DNA from: Lama glama
Lineage: Eukaryota
Length of the DNA: 64,000 bases
Assembly (NCBI GenBank): GCA_028534125.1
Contig: CM052839.1
Span: 46,252,001-46,316,000, forward strand
Reading direction: 5' to 3'
Shown: positions 54,621 through 64,000 of the stretch, in pieces
Numbering within the stretch: the first letter of the stretch is position 1
How the letters are laid out: every line of letters begins with the position of its first letter
Position numbers and translations under genes: made by a program
The notes under the pieces: model-generated
Database searches by the model: none
The model's input: only the letters and a program-made list of their open reading frames with translations
Told to the model about the DNA's origin: nothing

Positions 54621-57600
54621 CTTACGTGATGAGTTTTTTTTTTTAATTAGTGTAATTCGTTACTTATCAAAAGACATGATTTTTGTGCTGGCTGTATGAT
54701 GATGTTTTTGTGGATGCTGCACGGAACACCTGGTGTCCCCTGGACGTGTGCCCTGCAAGCCCTGTAGTGGGGACTTGGGTTTCTGAGGGTTAAGTCGTTT
54801 CTCTCCCCCGGAGGCTGTTTTGTCCTTAGGCGATTGGCGTTAGACAAATAACAAGCTGTCTAGAGAGAAGGGTATTTAAATTACATTGCTGGACTCTGGG
54901 TTGCCAAAAGGAAGCCCTCTGGGGAATCTTATATATTTGACATGCATTTGCAGTGTGTAACTGGAACCTTGAGAGAGGTTTTTGTTCAAAGCTATTGAAG
55001 AGTTTCCTGATTTTAAACCTGTTTAATCTGGAAAGAGTTGTTAGTTTTTGAGTTTTTTTTTTTTTCTGATAATGACTTCTTAGGAAAGTTCAGGGCAAAG
55101 ACTATTTCTCTTTCATATGCCACCTTCTTCCCCCTAAGCTCTGTGATTGCTTTGCCCTGCATGGACTCAGGCTGGTCTCTCTCTTGTCTTCTGTTCTCTG
55201 GATGTTGGGGCAGGAAGCGCAGAGCACCCTTTTGCGCAGAAGAGGCTGGAGAAGGCCCGAGAGGTCAGGGGCAGCCATGGGCCCTGTCCAGCAGCCGCAG
55301 AAGCAGGCCCGACCCCATCCCTTTATCCCCAGGTCAGATCTCTTACTTCCGCCTTGAAATGCTTTGGGGCTGAGAGTCCCATTTCCCCATTTTTGCGTTA
55401 AAGAAATCTGTCATCTCGCTTTCTCTCCTTTTGAGCTGTTTTGCTTTCTGCAAAACTAACTCCTTCGCAGGGACCTGTGAGGCGAGGGTACCATCATCAC
55501 TGCCCGTGGCCGCATGGCTGGCTCTGTCGGATCCGGTCCAGCCGCGAGGTCTCTGCTTGTTGCTTCTTCATCTGCCCTTGAGCGTCAGCTGTTGCTGTCT
55601 GAGGCAGGAGTGATGGAGGGCTCACTGGAGCTTTCGGGAGAAAGACTTTGTAGACTGCCTGTGCCAAGGGCTGGGTGGGGCGCTGCCGGGCAGCTGCGGC
55701 TGCATGCCACGTGGGTGGGCGGGGGCTGGCAGTGTGGCGGCCCTGGCGGGCTTGGGTCTGTCCTTCTCTGACCTGGTTCCGTGGGAGGACACAGAGAAGG
55801 CCAGCACCTTCACGTTGTGGGAGGCCAGGTAGCTCCCCAGTGTGTGGGCGTGTGTGGGTGCCAGGGACGAAGGTCAGGGTCTGTTGGGGGTCACCTTGCC
55901 GCACAGACCTCACAGCCCAGGTACCCCCAGTCCGGCCTCCCTCAAGGAGGGTTGAGTCCAAGTGCAGCGTGGAGCTGGGCTGACCGCCCACGAGTGCAGC
56001 TGCCTGCCCTCCTTGGGACGGAGAAGTGGAGAAGTGGGCCAGGCGGGGCTGTGCTTGTGCCTCCCCGTCTGCTGGGTTCCCCGCAGTGGATGCCGGTCAG
56101 CCCCTAGGGGTCTGTGCGCTGCTGAAGCAAGTGTCCGCTGCAGGGTCCAGGTCACAGCGCCCGCCCTTTTCCTCATGACGGGTCAGCCTCACGAGCCAGC
56201 AGAAGTGATGCCTTAGAAACCACCTCACTGTGACCCAGGGTCAGGCTCGGGGGGTGGGGCAGGAGCAGCCCCCTATGGCTCAGGACCTGGGGGTGGGCAG
56301 GTGGAGTGCAGGTGGGCTTCTCCCAGGGGGCCCTGAGCCTCTCCCCTTGTGGTAGTAGGGTGCAACGTCCACCTGAAGGATGTGGACAGGACTGGCTGTT
56401 GTCATTCGTAGTTGTCTGTTTTGAAATTGATTTTGTCCAATGGCCCGATGAACTGGGACTCAGCAGTTAGCATCCAGGCCCCTCAGGCTGTAGAACTGCT
56501 GAATGGTCTCACCCAGAGCTGTCTGGGCAGCCGCTAAAGTGACGGTTTAGAGAAGCTGACACCGCATTTACATGAAGCTCCTCCCCTGCAGGTGCCTCGG
56601 CCTATTAGCTGTGACGTTCACTCGGCCATGCGCGGGCTTCCCCATCAGCATAGAGTGAACGTGAACGACACCAGAAGAGTAGGAGTAACTCCAGCGAAAA
56701 CAGACGAAGACCAGTTTTAAGCATTACAGATTTAGTTTAGTTCAAGTTGAGACAATTAAAAAAATCATTAATCAGATTTAATTACTTTACCTGAAACAGC
56801 TAGGGTAGTGTCCTCCTGTCTGGTTGGGCGTTTCTGCATGTTCTGTGAGTCTTAATTGTGAGCTTTGGTTTTAGGAGGTAAACGCAGAGTTTCAGAGACA
56901 TCCTCGCAGAAAGCTGAGCTCGGTTCCTGGGGTGCCGTGGAGGAGACCTGGCGAGCGCCAGCGCTTTTGCTCAGGAAGGTCTGGTGCTCCCGGGGCGGTA
57001 CCAGGCCGAGAGGGCGTGGGGGCTTTGCAGGTGGGGGGCGGGGCGTCCCCGGTTGTGGACGGTGGGGGACTGGTGTGGGGTCCTGGAAGCCAGCTCGTGC
57101 TCTGCTTTGCTGAGGGGAGTCACTGGGCAGACTGGAGGCTGCGAGCAGCGGTGGTCCTACAGTGACTCGGGGGCTGGGGAGCCGGGGTGATGGGTCCTCT
57201 GCAGGGGCCTGGCTGCTGTGGATGGGCCAGGCCTTGACTAGATATACGGAAACAAGGAGGAGCGGCCCTGGGATGATCACCGTGCCCTGAACTTGCCCCG
57301 GACGATGGCACGGGCCTCCGGCTGACGGGGAGGGTGAGGGAGATGGGCTGAGTTTCCGACGCTGTGGACCTTGAGGGGCCTTGGCACACCGCGTGTGGGG
57401 TGTCCTGCTGCTGTGGGTGGAGGACGGGAGCACTTGGCAGGAGAGTGGGCTGGGTGCTTGGGGCCCTCGGCAGGGGCAGAGGAGGAACAAGGCCAGCTCC
57501 GGGTGTGGGTGACGTCCATGTCCGTTGTGGGTGGGGGTGCTCATCGGAGCTTTGGCTGCAGGTGCCTTTCTGGTGCTGCTGATCGGGAGGAAATGTGTTC

Positions 57601-59509
57601 TTGAGTTCGCTCCTGGTTGAAATGCATTATAATTGGTAACACACTGTGTCTTTGGGATTTTTATTTTGGAGAACATTTGTTTTGTGTAATTTTAAGTAAA
57701 TTTATATGAACATTTAAAAATGTTACAGACGGTAATCACTGTATGTGTATGAAAGAAACGGTACAGAGTCAACTTTATTCTTTGTTGCTGTGTGTATAGA
57801 ATCAGAAATCCTCAGATGCAAAGGCAGAGGGGAATTTGCTTGCGATGCCCGACTCCGGCAGTCGTTTCTTTTGATTTTTGCCTGAGGCTCCTTCCAGGTA
57901 CGTTTCTTTGGCAGTTTCTACGATGATAGTTGAGTGTGTAGGTAATGGGTGCTTCGTTTTGCTTAAGTCCTCACCCAGGTGTCTCTTCTCAGACTGCAGT
58001 CACAGCGGCAGCACTGTTAAACAGAGGAGAGGGCGTGTGGAGCACGGGCCTCGTGTGCTGGGAGTGCCGGGGCCTTAGGCCGGAGGGAGGGGTTGCAGGA
58101 AGAGCTGGGGCTCTCTGTGGCCCCGGATCGCACGCCAGCTTTCCGCTGCTTCTTTTGCTCTTTGCTTAGTGGCTGATCTCCACCGTCTTGCGTGTTGACC
58201 TTCATCAGTTGGATGCCGCTGTGTCCAGTTCTGCCTGGGCATCTGACACTGCGTCTGTGCTGTGTGGCCTGGGGTGTGCGTTGTTGGGACGAGGAGGCTG
58301 TGGCCAAACGTGTGGCTGGATGCGTGCGCTCCCCCCGGCCGGCCTCCTGAGCTGCGTGGATCATGTGTCTGCCGTGGATGTCGCTCCGCGGGAGCCCTGC
58401 TGCTCTGGGGCCGTGGCGCTGGGTGCTGGGACGTGTGGTCCCTCCACCCCTCTGGGACCAGAGACTCGTGTTCACCTTTACTGCTTCTCTAAACACCAGT
58501 GGGAGCTGTTCAGCGTGCCTTGTGTCAGTGTTGCTGTCTGTTTTGGGACAGTAAATTGAACTTCCAACATGTTTTTGCAGAAAATTTCATTGAGTGTGAC
58601 TTAAGAAAACATGAATACTCTCCCTTTGAATTGCAAGGTAAAACTTTTCTGAAGGTCTTTCCTGTTACATTTCTCTATTATGATCATTTTAAGAGGCTTT
58701 TAAAAATTGTTTCGTCTATTTATAAAATTAATTAAATTCCCTTATACTTTCTGAACCCTGTACATGAATGTTGCACATTTTATTTTCTTTTTAAGTAATT
58801 TACATGCCTCTGATGAGCAAACCCTTCCCCAGTGCTTGAAATACATGGATCTAATAAATTTAATAGTTAAATACAGTACAGGTTCAGATCCTTTAAACGT
58901 TAAGTACTCTTATGCCATGTGTTTTAAAATTTTCCTGTCTTTGTATCAGAAATTACATATGTAATATGAAAAACTCAGACATTTAAAATGGAACCAGAGG
59001 GACAATCCACATGTACGTCAAATTACCTTAAATATTACAACTGTTGTAGATAGTTAAACGTATCTGGTTATTCCTAAAGTTAGCTGGCTTCACTTTATCA
59101 CCCTGGTTCTCAGCCCTGCAGCCCGGCGAGGTCACAGGCACACTCTGAGCAGAGCTGACACCTGTGTGGCAGGGTCTGCTCTCCCCTGAGTTTGGTGTCT
59201 GCTTTTGGCCGGAGTTAGAAGCCCGTATACTGTTCGTGGTCCCCTTGGCGGGAGACCCTGGGGGCCGGTGTCCTCTGAGTCTGCAGGTGACCCCGGTGAC
59301 CGAGCCCCTCCTCCTGTCCCTTTCCTGGCTGCGTGGCATCTGCGTCCCTCTGGTGGGCCCGGCAGGCACGTCCGTGCTATTCTGTAGGAACCGTTACCAA
59401 CTCCTGTAATGTGGGCAGCTTTGAAAAAGCATTTTCACCTGAGTTGAGCTGATGGACTCCTGGGTTCCTTCCAGACGTCCTTTCTGACGAGGTCGTGAGT
59501 TTTAAGTGA

Positions 59510-59806
<297 letters not shown>

Positions 59807-61002
59807 TAGAGTCTGGTACACGGTTCTCTGATCTCTGTGGGCTAGTGACAGCATCGTGGGATGACAATCTCCCGCCTCCTGAGATCGGAAAAGTACACCC
59901 TTTGCTTCCCTGGAGGGAGCAGCGTGGCCGGCCGAGCGCCCTGCCCTGGGCCCCTAGGAGTGCGGGGGTTCGGTTGATGTTGGCTCTGCTCTGCCTCCTG
60001 GGCTGAAGGGCCTTCCAGTGACTTAATGGGAGGTGGGGCCTCCACTTTGCTTGTAGGTTCAGTAGCCAGAGGCGGGGCTGCTTAGCACGCTGCAGCCTCC
60101 GGGCCAGTCGTGGTGCGTGACACTCACCCGGTGAGTGAGTGTCTACTGGGGAGTGGCTTTCAGCATTGTGTCAGGTCCTGGGAGCTGCCTCCCACAAGGG
60201 AGATGCCCTAAAAAGAATGGGAGACCCCCAGGTCCTAACCTGCCGCATGGCAACCCTGTCGTGGAGCCCTCGCCGCCTCGGCCGGGCGCTCTGGTTCCCC
60301 CACTGCATGCGGCCCGGAGCGTGAGCAGCCTGTGGAGGGCGTCTCTGGGGTCAGAAGAGGGCCCTCGGGCCTCGTGGCCAGCTGGTATCTCCCAATCTCG
60401 AATCAAGGTGAAGCCCGCAGAACAGCCCGAGGACTCTGATCCCTGCTCAAGGAGATAAAGTGCTTCCGCGGAAGTTGTAAAAGCACCTGCCTCCTCCTGG
60501 TCTTGTCCACCCTTGGGAGGGAGGGTGGAGCGGGAGGGCAGTGGGCTGTGGAGATGCTGTTTTGGCAGAGGCCAGGCTGCCCGGGGCCCTGCCCTCGGTG
60601 CGCCCCCTGCCCACCCACGCTCTGCCCATGCGACGTGGTTTGGCTCCGCGCAGCGCCGGGGAAGCCGCTGGCTGGCCGCTGCCCTCAGGTTCCACTCCTC
60701 GACTTTGGGAAGTTACTCCTGCAGCTGGAAGGTGGCAGCAAGCGCTGTTTCCTTACTGTTCGCAGTCTCAGGATGATGGGCCTTTATTTCTCACTTTACG
60801 TTTTTCCTTTTTTCCTTTATGACAGGACACGTGTGTCAACATCCTGTTACGCATTTAGTTAGCTGAGTCTCAGTGTTTTTCTTAATTGGTTTTTTCTTTT
60901 TTTTCGATGCTTCACTCATATTCCTTTTTCATGTATGTCTTCATATGTGGGAAATTCTAAATCATTACCTGAATTTTTTTGACCTGGAAACTTTTCAGAG
61001 AA

Positions 61003-61103
61003 TTTTTAAGATTTATTTTAAATGGAGGTACTGGGGACTGAGCCCAGGAGGCGTGTGAGCCTAGCACGCGCTCTCCCCGCAAGCTGTGCTTCCCCCCCCC
61101 CCC
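61003..61103 (-). mobile_element. Degenerate Vic-1-type SINE
   Basis: tttattttaaatggaggtactggggactgagcccagga... Confidence 0.7.
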
Positions 61104-64000
61104 GTTAAAGTCTTCAGGTTGGTGCTCTTGGTTCTGCTCCCCCATCAGTGCTGTGAGGGGCCAGGGCTCCGAGGACGCTGTCCAGAGCCTCGTGGCTGGC
61201 GATGCCGGGCCAGGCCCAGCTCCGCGCCTGCGGCGCTGCCTCACCCGGGCCGTGGGCGGTTTGGGGAGATGGGGCTCCTGACGGTCGTTCCCACCTGGGA
61301 GCAAAAGCGATCCTGATGGACGCCCTTTCAGTTTGGCGCTTGTGGCTGAGAGCTCCAAGGTCGCAGGGGTCTGCGCCTTTCCTTTCTCCACAGCTCTCCT
61401 CGTCCAGCCCAGCCGGAGGGGCAGGGCCGAAGGCTGGGGGGGTCGGCAGAGACCTCTGGAGCTGGGCAGGGGGGCAGGCGGCCACCCCACGCCGCCTCTG
61501 CTTGGGCAGCAGCGTCTCGTCCCTGTGGGTGTGAGCCTCTGTCACAAGACCGCGTCGCCAGCCTGGTGAGAAGCAATGGTGTGGGCGTCCCTACTGGTGC
61601 ACGGCCTGGAGAGCGAGTTCTCGCGCAGGTCCTGGGCTGGGGGGGCCGCTCTTCCAGCTGCAGGCAGGAACAGGGCAATGCGGATCCCACCAGTGACTTT
61701 GCAAAGGGAGGTGTCAATCCGGGAGGAAAATCGCGGATAAATGTGAAGCGTGGCCCCTGGAGGTGTGGTGGGAGGGTCCACGTGGGCCACTGCCTGGGCG
61801 GGCTGCCTGCGAGGGGCCTTCCCCAGACTCCCACGCTTTTCATGGAGATGGTCGGGGCTCTGGCACGTCTTCAGGGGAGGAAGGGCCCCACACTGAGAGA
61901 GCTGGCTCCCATGGGAGAGGGCTTGGACGAGACAAGTGACTGTGTGGCCCCAGTGAACCGGGAGGTGGTGGGCGGGGTGGGGGAAGGGACTCACTGAAGA
62001 AACGGCACTGAGCGGAGGGACAGAGCAGCTGCGGGTGCTGGTTTGGTTCACTTGGGTCCTTTGATCTCAGGGGAGGCTGGCTCCCCGGACTTCCTGGGCA
62101 TGCCCCGGTGAGCGCCAGTGAGTTCACACACACTGGAACCCCCATCCGGCAGGGGAGCCCAGGCTCCTGCTCACAGCTTTCCTGATTTCTGCTAATTAAG
62201 CCTGGCGTTTGTGCCTTGTGGAGCTCCTGCTCAGGAAGGCCCTCCTTTCCCCTGCCCCTGCGCCCGCCCCAGGACCGGACCAGCCGGTGCCCTTGGAGCT
62301 GTGCCCGGCAGCTTCTCCATCCCGTTTGGCAGGTTCTGAGGGAGGCTGTGCTCCCGCCTCCCTGGCCGTCGGGCTGCAGGCGGTGGGTGGGTGGATGAGG
62401 GTGAGTCACGGTGCCAGGTGAGCCAGCCTTGCCCAGAGTATCGGTTGGGGTGTGGCCTGCGAGGTCTGCCTTCCGTGCTTTATAATAAGTGACCGCATTT
62501 TAATTGTCAGCTTTTAAGCCCATTAATCCTGGCACATGATAAAATCTTGGTATCTTTATACTTTCACAAATTCCTCAGTCGATCCTGCAGAAGTAGACAG
62601 TTGAGGTCACCTGTAATTCTGCAAGTGGACAGAAGTGTCCATGGGGAGCAGGAGGGCGGTAGTGATGGTGAGGAGGCAGGACCGGCCGGCCGCCCGCCTT
62701 TCCCGGAGGGACCTGGAGGATGTCCTCTCACCTCACCGTGTGGGTGTGTGCACCTCCCTGTTTCGTAAATACCAGAAAGGAAGTTTGGGGTAAATTTAAT
62801 CATGGTTTAGGTTTGTGTCAGTTGACCTTGAAAGCCTGTTTTTCCCAAGAGTTCTGCGCAAGGTGATGGAACAGTTACTTTGTGGAAGGGGCTTCCTGAG
62901 AAGCCAGGTGTAATTAGGAACAATGAGACACAAAGGTGAAGCCGTCAAGAGCGGTTGTGTGTTGTCTAGAAAATGCCTCTCACCAGTAATCAGGAACTAA
63001 TTTGCAAGAAGAAGAGGGAAAAAAACTAGCCCTGTTGCCAGCGTGTGCGTTGGTGTTGCCTTCTAGCGATTTCCTCACCTGAAACTCTGCTGTAAGCGAG
63101 CTCCTGTTGACATCAGCCCTGCGGGGCCCCTCCCTCGCCGGGGGCTGTGCCCGCCTGGGCCTTGCGGAGCGAGCCTAACCAGCAGGGCCGCGTGGGCAGC
63201 GCCTGGGGATTGGCTCCCAGATCGCTTCCTTGAGGGCAAGGTTGTCCTGAAAAATCAGGAAGTGGCAGGCATTGCTCAGAGCTATGTCTTGTTCCCACTC
63301 GGTGCTTCTTGATGGCACACTTGAGAGGGAAGATGACCTTTCTGTTTTCCAAGGAGAGTTAAGTGGCGGTTCCTGACCAGAAGGCCCCCGCCTGCCCACC
63401 TGGTCAATGTCCCACCGGCTTCCCTGTGACTTCAGAGTGTCTCAGCATCGTGCCAGCTGGTGTGGCCTTGATGCTCATGACTTAGGGGAGGAAATTCAGC
63501 CGCAGGCGGTTCTTACTCCAGAAACAGTGTGATCTGCAACTTTCAAACAATGTGGCTGGGTAATAAATGATTAGTCTGATATTTTACAAAGTTGTTGACG
63601 TTGAAAAGACAGGATTACTGTCACTGAAGATAAAAACAGTGAATCTTGTTTTCTGTTGCTATAAAATATTACACAAACTGACAAATACAGACTTTGGGGT
63701 GAGATCTGCTCTTTGTTGAACCTGCTGAAAGCCAGGTGCCTGCAGCTCGGAGCAGGTCCAGGCACGCAGCTCCCTGACTCGGACAGGAAAGAAAGTCCCT
63801 TTCTGTTTGACACAGACCATCTCTCTGTGTTGGGAAATCCTGGTGAAGTATCGCCTGAGTTCCTGCAGCGAAAGCAGACAGGCAGACACCTGAGAGCTCC
63901 AGCGCCAAGAGCTGTGGTGTGGCCGGCATGGTCGCCGCTGGTCTGTAGCGAAATGAAAGCGTGCGACTCAAGCTCAGCCCCGTCCCGCGGAGGAAAGCTT

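Noticed and set aside
56852-57676. 274-aa minus-strand ORF and the many other 100-250 aa ORFs in the track
   Set aside because: Pro/Ala/Arg/Gly-rich translations typical of GC-rich non-coding DNA, many with non-ATG starts; no recognisable domain or exon structure.

Overview
Mammalian, GC-rich genomic DNA, most likely a camelid (six tRNA-Ala-derived Vic-1-type SINEs). The + strand carries 11 consecutive coding exons of TBCD (tubulin-specific chaperone D). By recalled human homology these are exons 4-14, 1142 nt in total, about aa 112-492; all introns are GT-AG and phases are continuous. The 33.5-kb intron 13 (26125-59648) contains the epidermal transcription factor gene ZNF750 nested on the - strand: CDS 32625-31199 plus 31092-30465, 684 aa, with an N-terminal atypical zinc finger, two PLNLS motifs and a C-terminal basic NLS. 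This nesting is the known arrangement in human and mouse and is not new. The rest is intron with L1, MIR, LTR and DNA-transposon relics, a CpG island, a 28-bp minisatellite and a 100-N assembly gap. I found no new protein-coding system. The best leads are regulatory and unverified: (1) a CpG-island TATA/Inr/splice-donor unit that looks like an alternative ZNF750 first exon containing a GGCGGGC repeat; (2) an opposite-strand TATA plus donor unit inside ZNF750 intron 1; (3) a minisatellite built of ZNF143(SBS)-like motifs; (4) a stop codon at the ZNF750 intron-2 donor that makes intron retention a clean truncation switch; (5) a uORF. Family names and human comparisons are from memory, with no database search.
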